This document shows, piece by piece, positions 1 to 9,474 of a stretch of DNA of 64,000 nt. Below the pieces are notes generated by a model. That model ran no database searches and was not told the origin of the DNA. It saw nothing but the letters and a program-made list of their open reading frames with translations. Source of the DNA: Candidatus Lustribacter sp. (GTDB taxonomy: Bacteria; Vulcanimicrobiota; Vulcanimicrobiia; Vulcanimicrobiales; Vulcanimicrobiaceae). The position numbers and the translations under genes are program-made. The stretch lies in the NCBI GenBank assembly GCA_965277805.1, contig OZ255842.1, positions 1,792,001 to 1,856,000 of the forward strand, read 5' to 3'. Each line of letters opens with the position of its first letter. Position 1 is the stretch's first letter.

Positions 1-634
1 CTTGGGCCAGGAACTCGATGAAATCGGTCGTGTCGAGGCCCGCTTCGTTACCGATCGAGACGACGTACGACACCGGCAGATCGCGCGCGCCGGCCGCGCG
101 CTGGAAGTGTCCGAGCAGACCGCCGCTCTGGCCGATGAACGCTACCCCAGGTTTCGAATCCGCGGTGAAGTGCCCGACCGGGCGCGCGAAGAGCAAATGC
201 ACTTCGAAGCCATCTACGTTGTTCGTGAAACCCAAACAGTTCGGCCCGACGACGGCGAGCCCGCCGTCGCGCGCCATCTGCGCGATCGCATCTTGTTCAT
301 CGCGGCCGCCGAGCTCCGCAAATCCCGATGCGAACACGATCGCGGAGTTGACCTTGCGCCGCACGCACGCCGCGATGGCATCGCGCACGGCGGCGGCCGG
401 CAACACGAACACCGCGAGGTCGACGCCCTCGGGCAACTCGTCGGCGCTCTGCAACACCGGCCGGCCGTCGATCGGCTCCGTGCTGCGCCCGATGAGGTAA
501 ATCGGGCCCGCGAACTCGTTCAGCTTCAGCGACTCAAGAATCACTTGCCCCGGGCTGCCCTGGCGCGCCGACATCCCGACGATGGCGACGGACTTCGGAT
601 GCAGGAAGCGCGCTATCGATTCAACGGTGTTCAA
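1..634 (-). CDS. Acetate/acyl-CoA ligase (ADP-forming) family protein, runs off the window edge
   Basis: Not in the ORF track. Manual minus-strand translation from TTG at 634 (TTGA overlap with the upstream stop) gives MNTVESIARFLHPKSVAIVGMS...VDLAVFVLPAA...FASGFAE...VVGPNCLG, the CoA-binding and GPNCLG motifs of this family. Confidence 0.85.
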   Translation of the reverse strand, partial: MNTVESIARFLHPKSVAIVGMSARQGSPGQVILESLKLNEFAGPIYLIGRSTEPIDGRPVLQSADELPEGVDLAVFVLPAAAVRDAIAACVRRKVNSAIVFASGFAELGGRDEQDAIAQMARDGGLAVVGPNCLGFTNNVDGFEVHLLFARPVGHFTADSKPGVAFIGQSGGLLGHFQRAAGARDLPVSYVVSIGNEAGLDTTDFIEFLAQ

Positions 635-1419
635 TCCGGCATGCTCACGCGCGGCGCAGACTTATCGAGAAACTGGCTGATGCGCTCGACCGACTCCGGA
701 CTGCGCGTATATTCGGCCACCATGCGCTCGAAGTAGATGCCGTCGTCGTAGGAGAGATCCTGGAGCCGCGGCAAGCTGTTGGTCACGGCGAAATTCGTCA
801 GCGGCGCATTCTTGCAAATGGCGGCTGCGAGCTCGCGCGCTTTCGTCAACGACTCTCCCTTCGGCACCACGTACTGCACGGCGCCGTAGCGTTCGGCTTC
901 GTCGGGTTTGAGCACGCGGCCGGTGAGCATCATGTCCTGCATGCGCGCGAAGCCGATCAGCCGCGCGATGCGCACCGAGCCGCCGCCGCCGACGAAGATG
1001 CCGCGCGCGCCTTCGGGCAGCGCGAAGAACGTCGTCTCATCGGCAACGCGGATGTGCGCGGCCGCGGCCATTTCGAAGCCGCCGCCGAGCGTCGCGCCAT
1101 GCAGCGCGGCGATGACCGGGACACGGCCGCGCGCGATCGCTTCCATTTCCGATTCGCGGTTGTAACGGAACGGCAGCCGCTGCATGCCGCCGGCTTTGTT
1201 CCACGTTTCCGATGCGCGCCTCAGATCGAGGCCGGCGCAGAAGTTTCCACCGTGGCCAAACAGGATCGCGCACTTGGCCTCATCGCCGGCGCGCAAGACC
1301 GCCGCCAGCAGTTGCTCGCGCAACTCGGGGCTCATCGCGTTCCGCTTATCGGGACGGTTGAGGCCGATCAGGGCGACATCGCCGTCGCGTTCGTAGGTGA
1401 CCACGTTCTCATCGCTCAT
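631..1419 (-). CDS. Crotonase / enoyl-CoA hydratase family protein
   Basis: LNRPDKRNA, FCAGLDL, GGGFEMA and FALPE crotonase motifs. Start moved to MSDENVV (ATG 1419). Confidence 0.9.
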   Translation of the reverse strand: MSDENVVTYERDGDVALIGLNRPDKRNAMSPELREQLLAAVLRAGDEAKCAILFGHGGNFCAGLDLRRASETWNKAGGMQRLPFRYNRESEMEAIARGRVPVIAALHGATLGGGFEMAAAAHIRVADETTFFALPEGARGIFVGGGGSVRIARLIGFARMQDMMLTGRVLKPDEAERYGAVQYVVPKGESLTKARELAAAICKNAPLTNFAVTNSLPRLQDLSYDDGIYFERMVAEYTRSPESVERISQFLDKSAPRVSMPD

Positions 1420-1470
1420 CGAGCGCCACTTCAGCGGGGCAACGCACGGCCCCGCTGAATCCGAGCGCCA

Positions 1471-2964
1471 ATGGTCAACGGATTCCTCGCTCGGCTCGTG
1501 CGCCGTACCTCGGTCGAGTCGTTGCAAGCCGACGAGCACCGCACCGGACTGCGACGCGTCCTCGGCGGCCGCGACCTGATCGCGATCGGCCTCGGCACGA
1601 TGATCGGCGGCGGGATCTTCACCACGATCGGGCCGGGTGTGGCGAAAGCGGGCCCCGCGATCATCATCGCGTTTCTGCTGGCGGGTCTCGCCTCGCTCTT
1701 CGCCGCGTTGTGCTATGCCGAACTCGGCTCGATGGTGCCGATCGCGGGCAGCGCCTACACCTACGCCTACGCGACGCTCGGGCAGCTGGTCGCATGGATC
1801 ATCGGCTGGGATTTGATCCTCGAGTACGCCGTCAGCGCCGCCCCGGTCGCCTCGGCGTTCTCATCCGCCGTTCAAGGTGCGGCGAGCGCGCTCTGGCACG
1901 TGACGTTACCGGCCTGGGCGCAGACGGCCCATTGGGAACATGCCGGACCGTGGTGGGCGTTCTGGAGCTTCGATCCCGCGAAAACGACGGTCGACGTGAT
2001 CGGCGCACTCTTCGTGCTGGCGCTCTCGGCATTGCTCGTCGTCGGCATCAAGGAAACGGCGACCAGCAACAACACGTTCGTGGTCATCAAGATCGCCGCG
2101 CTTGTCGTGTTCGTGATCGCGGGACTCTCGCTGTTCCATCCCTCGAACTTAGCCCCGTTTGCACCCTACGGCTGGGGCACGATCGCCTTCGGCGCGAGCG
2201 GCAACGGCATCGTGCCCGCCGCGGCGCTCGTTTTCTTCACCTACATCGGATTCGACACCGCAACGACCACCGCCGAGGAAACGCGGAATCCGAAGGTCGA
2301 CGTGCCGGTCGGCGTGCTGGGCTCGCTCGCGATCGGCACGGTCATCTACTGCACGGTCGCGCTCGTGCTGGTGGGCGTCGTGCCGTGGCAGCACGTGGAT
2401 CAAAGCGCGGCGCTGCTGGCCGCGCTCGCGCCCCTGCACAGCCCGATTCTCGATGCGATCATCACGATCGGCGTCATCGCCGGCACGACCTCGGTGGCGC
2501 TGACATCACTGCTCGGCCAAAGCCGCATCTTCTACGTGATGGCGCGCGACCGCATGCTGCCGCCGGCCGTCGCAGCGGTGCACCCGCGCTTCAAGACGCC
2601 CGCGCGCATGACGATCATCACCGGCGTCATCGTCGCGCTCTTGGCGTTCTGTGTGCCGCTCGACGCGCTGCTCGAACTCGTCAACATCGGCACCTTCAGC
2701 GCGTTTATCATCGTCTGCGCCGGCGTGATCTGGCTGCGCTACAAGCGCCCCGATTTGCCGCGGCCGTTCCGCTCGCCGCTCGTGCCGCTCTTCCCGCTGT
2801 GCGGGATCGGGCTCTCGATCTTTCTCTCGAGCGTCGGCCTCGGTCCGTTCACCTGGCTGCGCTTCATCGTCTGGCTACTCGTCGGCCTCGTGATCTACTT
2901 CTGCTATGGTTTCCGCCAACCGGTTCCGGGCGAGAGTGGCGGTCCCTCGACAAGCTCGGGATGA
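1471..2964 (+). CDS. APC-family (cationic amino acid transporter-like) permease
   Basis: GTMIGGGIF, CYAELGSMVPIAGSAYTY and FFTYIGFD...EE motifs; many hydrophobic segments. Confidence 0.92.
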   Translation: MVNGFLARLVRRTSVESLQADEHRTGLRRVLGGRDLIAIGLGTMIGGGIFTTIGPGVAKAGPAIIIAFLLAGLASLFAALCYAELGSMVPIAGSAYTYAYATLGQLVAWIIGWDLILEYAVSAAPVASAFSSAVQGAASALWHVTLPAWAQTAHWEHAGPWWAFWSFDPAKTTVDVIGALFVLALSALLVVGIKETATSNNTFVVIKIAALVVFVIAGLSLFHPSNLAPFAPYGWGTIAFGASGNGIVPAAALVFFTYIGFDTATTTAEETRNPKVDVPVGVLGSLAIGTVIYCTVALVLVGVVPWQHVDQSAALLAALAPLHSPILDAIITIGVIAGTTSVALTSLLGQSRIFYVMARDRMLPPAVAAVHPRFKTPARMTIITGVIVALLAFCVPLDALLELVNIGTFSAFIIVCAGVIWLRYKRPDLPRPFRSPLVPLFPLCGIGLSIFLSSVGLGPFTWLRFIVWLLVGLVIYFCYGFRQPVPGESGGPSTSSG

Positions 2965-2966
2965 CA
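2943..2966. repeat. Single REP-like palindromic element (minus strand TGTCATCCCGAGCTTGTCGAGGGA)
   Basis: YGTC tag followed by an imperfect hairpin. It resembles from memory a widespread small palindromic repeat class. It overlaps the permease stop codon and is the only copy noticed in the window. Confidence 0.5.
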
Positions 2967-3037
2967 TTTGTAGCGACCACGATGCGCGCAATTCATAAAC
3001 GAAACCCTAGACGATGGCGCACCGGTTCCCGTGAAAG

Positions 3038-3760
3038 ATGATTCGCCTGCTCGACGTTGCCGCTACGCCCGCTTCCGTCTCCTCGCGGCCGCCGGCAGCA
3101 ACCGTCGTCGTCATCGACGTGCTGCGCGCAACGTCGACGATCGTCACGGCGCTTGAAAACGGCGCAGCCGGGGTCGTGCCCGTGCGCGAATCGGACGAGG
3201 CGATCGGCGTGATGCGCCGGCTCGGACGCGAACGCGCGCTGCTGTGCGGCGAACGCGAATCGCGCCTGATCGCCGGCTTCGATCTCGACAATTCGCCCGC
3301 ATCGTATACGCGCGAGCGGATCGCCGACAAGACGCTCGTGCTCACGACCACGAACGGCACGCGGGCGCTGCTCGAAGCGGCGCGCGGCAATCCCATCGTC
3401 TACTGCGCAGCATTGCTCAATCGCGAAGCAATCGTCGAGCAGCTCCTCGCAGCGGAAGGCGATGCGCTGCTGCTGTGCGCCGGCAATGAAGGCAACCTGA
3501 GCTTCGAGGACACGCTGTGCGCGGGCGCGATCGTCGATGCGCTGGTGCGGCGCAGCAAAGCCTTGCCGATCAGCGATGCGGCGCGCGCGGCGGCCACGGT
3601 GTTCGGCGCGAACGCGAAGCGCCTCACGACCGCAATCGCCAGCGGCACCCATGCGGTCGCGCTGGTGAACAAAGGCTTCGCCGCCGATGTTGCCGCGTGC
3701 GCGAAACTCGACGTGAGCCGCTGCCTGCCGCTCTACGCCGAAGGGGTGATCAGCGCGTAG
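3038..3760 (+). CDS. comB: 2-phosphosulfolactate phosphatase family protein
   Basis: VVIDVLRATSTI, GER, FDLDNSP, TTTNGT and EDTLCAG motifs. Confidence 0.9.
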   Translation: MIRLLDVAATPASVSSRPPAATVVVIDVLRATSTIVTALENGAAGVVPVRESDEAIGVMRRLGRERALLCGERESRLIAGFDLDNSPASYTRERIADKTLVLTTTNGTRALLEAARGNPIVYCAALLNREAIVEQLLAAEGDALLLCAGNEGNLSFEDTLCAGAIVDALVRRSKALPISDAARAAATVFGANAKRLTTAIASGTHAVALVNKGFAADVAACAKLDVSRCLPLYAEGVISA

Positions 3761-3763
3761 GCG

Positions 3764-4258
3764 CTACTGGCCGTCGTCGGGAACGCCGGCGACCACCGCG
3801 CCGGGCGTGCGGACGTCGATGCGGCCGCGCACGGCGTCATACTTGACGGCCGATGCGAGCGCGAGGGCGACGTCGGAGCCGCGCACCATCGCGCGGCCGC
3901 GCACCGTGAACGGCGCGTTCTTCAGCGTGACGGCACGGCCGTTGAACGAGGCATGCCGATCGCCGATCTTGAGCGTCAGCACGTCGGTGCCGCGACGAAC
4001 CGTCAGCTGGTTGGTGTGCGGATCGAACGTCGTTTCGGCGCCGGCGGCTTCGCTGACGGCGCGCAGCGGCAGGTACGCGACCCCGCCGGTGGTGACCGGC
4101 GAAACATCGGAAACGACGCGCTGACCGTCGACGTCGAGGATGGCCGGCTGCGAGAGTGCGAGCGCCAGTGAGGCGGTCAACGCGATTCCCGCGGTGCCGG
4201 CCAGTAGACGCCAACTCGGGAGTTCGGCCCCGAAACCGCTACGCAGGTGCAATCTCAC
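3764..4258 (-). CDS. Exported copper amine oxidase N-terminal (stalk) domain protein
   Basis: Hydrophobic N-terminal segment followed by VDG...YLPLRAVSE...GA and NG...L..APF...GR repeats typical of this domain. Start uncertain. Confidence 0.75.
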   Translation of the reverse strand: MRLHLRSGFGAELPSWRLLAGTAGIALTASLALALSQPAILDVDGQRVVSDVSPVTTGGVAYLPLRAVSEAAGAETTFDPHTNQLTVRRGTDVLTLKIGDRHASFNGRAVTLKNAPFTVRGRAMVRGSDVALALASAVKYDAVRGRIDVRTPGAVVAGVPDDGQ

Positions 4259-5390
4259 GATTTGTCTCGTGGATGTAATCCGGATACTGCTCGGTGATGA
4301 CCTTCTCTATTTCGAGGCGCAATTGACCAAGCAGTTGGCCCTCTGGATAAGTACCGACCAGCTCACCCTTGCGGTAGATTGCTCCCTTGCCTTTACCGCC
4401 CGCGATGCCGACGTCGGCCATCTTCGACTCCCCGGGCCCGTTCACGACGCAGCCCATCACGGCGACCTTGACCGGAGCGGTGTACTCCTTGGCGATCGCT
4501 TCTACTGAACGCGCCAGCTCGACCACTTGGATTTCCGCACGGCCGCACGACGGGCACGCCGTGATATCGAAGCCCTTCTCGCGCAGGCCGAGGGCCTTGA
4601 GGATGCCCCAGGCGACCGGGATCTCCTCGATCGGGTCGGCGGCCAGCGAAACGCGCAGCGTGTCGCCGATGCCTTCCCACAACAGGACGCCGAGGCCGAT
4701 GGCGGATTTGATCGTTCCCTCGCGCGGCAGGCCCGCCTCGGTGACGCCCAGATGCAGGGCGTAGGGGGTCTTGCGCTCGCGCAGGCGCTGGTCCATAAGC
4801 CGGTAAGCGTAGATGGTCATCGGTGCGTCGTGGGCCTTGAGCGAGATCACGATGTCCGTATGCCCAAGGTCTTCGAGGATGTCGACGTGCCGCAGGGCCG
4901 ATTCGACCATCGCTTCGGGCGTGTGGCCGAGCTTCAGCTCGAGGTCGTGAGCAAGCGAGCCCATGTTGACGCCGATACGGATCGGGGTCTCGCGTTCGAT
5001 CGCGAGCCGCACGACCTCACGGGTCTTCACGGGGTCGGTGATGTTTCCCGGGTTCAGGCGCAGCTTGGCGACGCCGGCTTCGAGGGCCGCCAACGCCATC
5101 TTATGGTCGAAGTGGATGTCGGCCACGATCGGCACCGGCGAACGCTTGACGATGTGCGGCAGGCCGGCGGCATCGCGCGGGTCCTGACAGGTCACCCGGA
5201 CGATCTCGCAGCCTTCCATCGCCAGGCCGTAGACTTGCTCGAGGGTCTTCTCGTAGTCGGCTGTGTCGGTAGTCGTCATCGACTGCACGGCAATGGGGTG
5301 ATCGCCGCCGATCCAGACGCCCTTGGCGTCGGATTCACCGGTTTTGTTCTTCAAATAGACGGGCTTGGATTGGCGGCGCAGACGAATCAT
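4239..5390 (-). CDS. ispG: 4-hydroxy-3-methylbut-2-en-1-yl diphosphate synthase
   Basis: VQSMTTTDT, VADIHFD, RLNPGNI, HLGVTEAG, GIGDTLRVSL, CPSCGR and MGCVVNGPGE motifs. Confidence 0.97.
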   Translation of the reverse strand: MIRLRRQSKPVYLKNKTGESDAKGVWIGGDHPIAVQSMTTTDTADYEKTLEQVYGLAMEGCEIVRVTCQDPRDAAGLPHIVKRSPVPIVADIHFDHKMALAALEAGVAKLRLNPGNITDPVKTREVVRLAIERETPIRIGVNMGSLAHDLELKLGHTPEAMVESALRHVDILEDLGHTDIVISLKAHDAPMTIYAYRLMDQRLRERKTPYALHLGVTEAGLPREGTIKSAIGLGVLLWEGIGDTLRVSLAADPIEEIPVAWGILKALGLREKGFDITACPSCGRAEIQVVELARSVEAIAKEYTAPVKVAVMGCVVNGPGESKMADVGIAGGKGKGAIYRKGELVGTYPEGQLLGQLRLEIEKVITEQYPDYIHETNREIAPA

Positions 5391-5407
5391 GGTGGTTGTT
5401 CTTCGCC

Positions 5408-6514
5408 CTAAAACGCGGCCTGGCCCGCGAGGATCCGTGCGATGTCGTGATACGCCACGGCCAGCATCACGACGATGAGCGCGGCGAAACCGCCGAAGTG
5501 AACGAGCGCTTCCTTTTCGGGATCGACCGGCTTACCGCGCAGCATCTCCACCAGGATGAAGATGCCGCGGCCGCCGTCGAGCGCGGGAATCGGCAGCAGG
5601 TTGAAAATGCCGAGCGAGATCGACAGCATCGCGGCCAGCGAGAGATAGGCGCCCCAGCCGAGGTCGACCGCCTGCGCGGACACCTGCGCGATGCCGATCG
5701 GCCCCGAGAGCTGCCCCGCCGTGCCGGCGAAATTGGTGACCAGTTGGCCGAGCACGTTGAGCGTGCCCATGAACGTGCCCGAGAACTGCCACCACGCTGC
5801 CTGCGCCGCCTCGACGATCGATGCCGGACGCATCGCGGGCATCGGGCTGAACCCGAGCCGGCCCTGCGGCTTGCCGTGGGCGTCCGGCACGACCTTGGTG
5901 ACGATGTTGACGTCGGTCGGCTTGCCGTCGCGCACGTAGGTGACGCGCAGCGTCTTCCCGGGGGCGGCATAGATCGTGTGAACGAGTTGATCACCGTCGC
6001 GCATTGCCACGCCGTTGATCTGCGTGATCACGTCGCCGGGGTGCAAGCCGGCCTTTTGCGCCGGATAGCCGGGCAGCAGCTGATAGACCTTGGTGGTCGG
6101 GGCCCGGTCGGCCACGCCGAAGACGGCCGCGCTCAGAAAGAAGAGCACCAGCGCCACGATGAAGTTCGCGACCGGTCCGGCGACCACGATCGCGAGCCGC
6201 TGCCATGGCGTCTTGGCCTGGAAGTTGTCCTCGTCGTGCTTGCCGTCGTTGCGGAACGCGCGCTGCTGTTCGGCCTCGGTCGTCTTGCCGTCCTCGCCCT
6301 TCATGGCGCAGTAGCCGCCGATCGGAAAGAGGTTGAGGCGGTAGTTGGTTCCGCTTCGTTTGGAGGTCCACTTGAGTAGCGTGGGGCCCATGCCGAGAGC
6401 AAAGTCGTCGACCCGTACCCCGTTCCGGCGAGCAAGCAAGAAGTGGCCGTACTCGTGCAAGACGACGAGCACCGAGAGCATCACCAGGAACAAAAGCAGC
6501 TTTTCGGGTGACAT
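5408..6514 (-). CDS. rseP: RIP metalloprotease RseP (M50 family, with PDZ domain)
   Basis: HEYGH zinc motif, PIGGYC, AGPVANF, PDZ-like segment and NLLPIPALDGG. ATG 6514 follows GGAAGG. Confidence 0.93.
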   Translation of the reverse strand: MSPEKLLLFLVMLSVLVVLHEYGHFLLARRNGVRVDDFALGMGPTLLKWTSKRSGTNYRLNLFPIGGYCAMKGEDGKTTEAEQQRAFRNDGKHDEDNFQAKTPWQRLAIVVAGPVANFIVALVLFFLSAAVFGVADRAPTTKVYQLLPGYPAQKAGLHPGDVITQINGVAMRDGDQLVHTIYAAPGKTLRVTYVRDGKPTDVNIVTKVVPDAHGKPQGRLGFSPMPAMRPASIVEAAQAAWWQFSGTFMGTLNVLGQLVTNFAGTAGQLSGPIGIAQVSAQAVDLGWGAYLSLAAMLSISLGIFNLLPIPALDGGRGIFILVEMLRGKPVDPEKEALVHFGGFAALIVVMLAVAYHDIARILAGQAAF

Positions 6515-6597
6515 AGGCCCTTCCACCGACACGGACTTCCGGCACGCAGTTGCGCCGGCATTCTCTTCTATAACGACGGCAAACGGGCATGCGTCGC

Positions 6598-6625
6598 TAA
6601 AGCGGGGGCGTCGCTTGGTCGATGA
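6598..6625 (+). promoter_or_regulatory. Putative sigma-28-type promoter of the sugar operon
   Basis: (C)TAAA(G)-N16-GTCGATGA, ending 11 nt before ATG 6637. It shares the CTAAAG -35 context seen upstream of fliC, flaG and flgM. Confidence 0.6.
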
Positions 6626-6636
6626 CCTTAACGCAC

Positions 6637-7707
6637 ATGATGCTCCAAGACGAGCCTCTCGACTACGAAGCGCTGGTCGAGGAGTACAACAAGAATCTGT
6701 TCCTCGTTCTGCGCGGCCACCGGTCGGCGGAGTACCTCGACACGTGGGTGCCCGACGAAGACCCGTTCAAGGGCGTCCTGAACATGATCGAAGCAGCCGA
6801 GCTCACCGGGACGCCGGAAATCGCGATCCGGCTCGGCCCGACGACGCTGCGCACGCTGGATCTCGCGGCGCTCGAATCGGCCGCCGCACGCATCGGCAGC
6901 GTCTCGCTCGAACGCGGCGACGGCGCTGCGGTTCTACGCGTGCGCGACATTGCAGGCGCACCGCCGGCGGCACCGCCGGCGGTGATCGGGACGCCGTACC
7001 AAGCCGCGGTTGCCGCGGCTGCCGGCTCACCGAAGCACGGCGGCGAGCTCAGCGCCGAAGCGCACGGCGACGTGTTCGAAACGACGGTCGACGGCGTCAC
7101 GCTGACGATCCGCTTACACGCTGGACCGATCATTGCGGAGGCGGCGCATCGTGGTGCCGAGTCGGTCGCGACCACCGCCGTCCTCGACACGTTCTGCGAA
7201 GAACTCGCGGGGCTGACCGTTCAGGAAGCCGCCGAACACGGCGTAGTGCGGCTGGAGTTCCGGATGCGCGGCGACGCGCGTCAACGGCCGGTACCGGGCA
7301 TCGTGCTTCCGCGCAACGCCGATGCGATGTTCGATTTGCCCGCACGGCTGATCCGCTCGCTGGCCGGCGTCTACCGTGAAAAAACCGGCCGCGTCTTCGG
7401 CGAAAACACGTTTTCGCGCCGCGTCGATGCGGGCTGGCTGCGCTTGAGCGATGAGGAAAAGCTGGCCAAGATCAGCACCGTCCTGCAAGCGCATATGCGC
7501 CCACTGGGCTTGCAGGATGATGACGCGCGCGCAATCGCGATCGAGCAGCAAGTGCGCGTCACGATCGCCTTTCGCGAGGGTGTCGAGGTGCAGATAAAGC
7601 CGCGTTTCATTCGCGATTTCGAGCGCGTTCTGCACGCCGAGCTCGAACCGTCGCTGCAAGTTTTCATGAGCGAAGTCAAAGACGGAAACGTGTTGCGCCG
7701 CCTGTAG
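6637..7707 (+). CDS. Hypothetical protein with degenerate IscU-like and Nfu-like (NifU-type) regions lacking Cys ligands
   Basis: First ORF of the operon. SPKHGGEL..AHGDV...GLTVQEAA and LSDEEKLAKISTVLQAHMRP resemble NifU domains by eye. Only one Cys. Alternative start 6622. Confidence 0.55.
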   Translation: MMLQDEPLDYEALVEEYNKNLFLVLRGHRSAEYLDTWVPDEDPFKGVLNMIEAAELTGTPEIAIRLGPTTLRTLDLAALESAAARIGSVSLERGDGAAVLRVRDIAGAPPAAPPAVIGTPYQAAVAAAAGSPKHGGELSAEAHGDVFETTVDGVTLTIRLHAGPIIAEAAHRGAESVATTAVLDTFCEELAGLTVQEAAEHGVVRLEFRMRGDARQRPVPGIVLPRNADAMFDLPARLIRSLAGVYREKTGRVFGENTFSRRVDAGWLRLSDEEKLAKISTVLQAHMRPLGLQDDDARAIAIEQQVRVTIAFREGVEVQIKPRFIRDFERVLHAELEPSLQVFMSEVKDGNVLRRL

Positions 7708-7734
7708 CGCTACGGAAAGAACATTGGATCAACC

Positions 7735-8856
7735 ATGAGCGGCATGACCGACCACACCGAACTCATCCTCGACGGCACCAAGATCTTCTGGCATCAAGAC
7801 CGGATCAAGGCGTGGGAACGCGGCGAGCGCATCGCCCCGATCACGATCGATATGGCGCTGACGCGCGCGTGCAACTTCGGCTGCCACTACTGCTACGCGA
7901 TGCTCCAGGAAAACGACCGCCAAGTGATCGACCGCAAGGTGATCTTCGACTTTCTCGATGATTGCGCGGAGATCGGGGTCAAGGGCGTCAGCCTCGTGTC
8001 CGACGGCGAGAGCACCATCTCGCCCGTCTTCGTCGATACGATCGTCCACGGCAGCGAAGTCGGCCTCTCGATGGCGGTCGGCACGAACGGTTTCGTGCTC
8101 AATCGCCGCAAACTCGAAGAGATACTTCCGCACCTGACGTATCTGCGCATCAATATCTCGGCCGGCGAGCGGTCGCGCTACGCGCAGATCATGGGCGTCA
8201 AAGAAGAATGGTTCGATCGCGTCTGCCAAAACATCCGGGATATGGTCGCGATCAAGCGCGAGAAAAATCTCGCCGTGACCATCGGACTGCAGATGGTGCT
8301 GATGCCGGAGTACGAGGATCAGATCATTCCGCTGGCCATGCTCGGCAAGGAGCTGCGGCCCGATTACCTCGTCATCAAGCATTGCAGCGATAACGAGGAC
8401 GGCGACTTGGGCGTGAACTACGACGGCTACCGGCCGCTCTACGACACCCTGCGGCGGGCCGAAGCCCTCTCGGACGATGAGTACAAGGTCGCCGTCAAGT
8501 GGTCGAAGATCGATGCCGACGGCAAGCGCTCCTACCAGCGCTGCTATGGGCCGCCGTTCATGCTCCAGATCTCCGGCTCCGGGCTCATCGCCCCGTGCGG
8601 CATGCTCTTCAACGAGCGCTACAAGAAGTTCCACATGGGCAACATCGTGGAAAAGCGCTTCAAAGACATCTGGGCCAGCGACGAATATTGGGAGGTCATG
8701 AACCTCTTGGCCGGTCCGGACTTCAATGCCCAGTCGATGTGCGGGACGTTGTGCCTCCAGCATAAGGTCAACGAGGCACTCGACGGCTACCTGAAGAGCG
8801 GTCTCGCGCTCCCCGCGCTCGCCGGCCCGCCCCCGCAACACCTCAATTTTGTCTAG
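7735..8856 (+). CDS. Radical SAM protein with C-terminal SPASM/twitch-like domain
   Basis: CNFGCHYC (CX3CX2C) plus C-terminal CYG...PCG...GNI...IW...CGTLC. Confidence 0.92.
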   Translation: MSGMTDHTELILDGTKIFWHQDRIKAWERGERIAPITIDMALTRACNFGCHYCYAMLQENDRQVIDRKVIFDFLDDCAEIGVKGVSLVSDGESTISPVFVDTIVHGSEVGLSMAVGTNGFVLNRRKLEEILPHLTYLRINISAGERSRYAQIMGVKEEWFDRVCQNIRDMVAIKREKNLAVTIGLQMVLMPEYEDQIIPLAMLGKELRPDYLVIKHCSDNEDGDLGVNYDGYRPLYDTLRRAEALSDDEYKVAVKWSKIDADGKRSYQRCYGPPFMLQISGSGLIAPCGMLFNERYKKFHMGNIVEKRFKDIWASDEYWEVMNLLAGPDFNAQSMCGTLCLQHKVNEALDGYLKSGLALPALAGPPPQHLNFV

Positions 8857-8859
8857 AAA

Positions 8860-9468
8860 ATGGCCGATTCCTTAACCATGGACCCGATTGAGAAGTACCT
8901 CTCGGAGATCGAGCAGGCGATTCGGGAGATCTCTCGCCACGACGTGACGGCGGTTGTCGACACGCTGGAGGCTTGTTGGGCTTCGGGCCACACCACGTTC
9001 GTCGTGGGCAACGGCGGCAGCGCCTCGACCGCTTCGCACATGATGAATGACCTCAACAAATTCACCGTGGTTCCGGGTGCGAAGCGCTTCCGGGCGATCG
9101 CCCTCACCGACAACGTCCCGCTCTTCTCGGCTTGGGGCAACGACGCGAGCTACGACGACGTGTTCGTCGAGCCGCTGCGCAATCTCATGAACGACGGCGA
9201 TGTCCTGATCGCGATCTCGGGCTCGGGCAACTCGCCCAACGTGCTCCGTGCCGTCGACTACGCGAACACGAAGGGCACGACGATCGGCCTGTGCGGCTTC
9301 CCCGGCGGAAAGCTGGCCATTGCCGCCAAGCGCTGCGTGATCGTGCCGGCGATGTCGATCGGCCAACAAGAAGACGGGCACCTCATCATCAATCACGCGG
9401 TCGCGACGGCGTTGCGCGCCCGCATCGAAGCAGCGCTTCTCGCGGCCCCAACGCAAGCGTTCGCGTAG
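8860..9468 (+). CDS. SIS-domain phosphosugar (GmhA-like) isomerase
   Basis: GNGGSAS.ASH, ND..YDDVF, ISGSGNSPNV and ED.HL motifs. Confidence 0.88.
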   Translation: MADSLTMDPIEKYLSEIEQAIREISRHDVTAVVDTLEACWASGHTTFVVGNGGSASTASHMMNDLNKFTVVPGAKRFRAIALTDNVPLFSAWGNDASYDDVFVEPLRNLMNDGDVLIAISGSGNSPNVLRAVDYANTKGTTIGLCGFPGGKLAIAAKRCVIVPAMSIGQQEDGHLIINHAVATALRARIEAALLAAPTQAFA

Positions 9469-9474
9469 GCAACG

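Noticed and set aside
2-736. 244-aa plus-strand ORF
   Set aside because: Antisense shadow of the minus-strand acyl-CoA ligase and crotonase; no family motifs.
3038-3760. comB as evidence of coenzyme M biosynthesis
   Set aside because: No other com genes in the window; stand-alone ComB-like phosphatases are common in bacteria.
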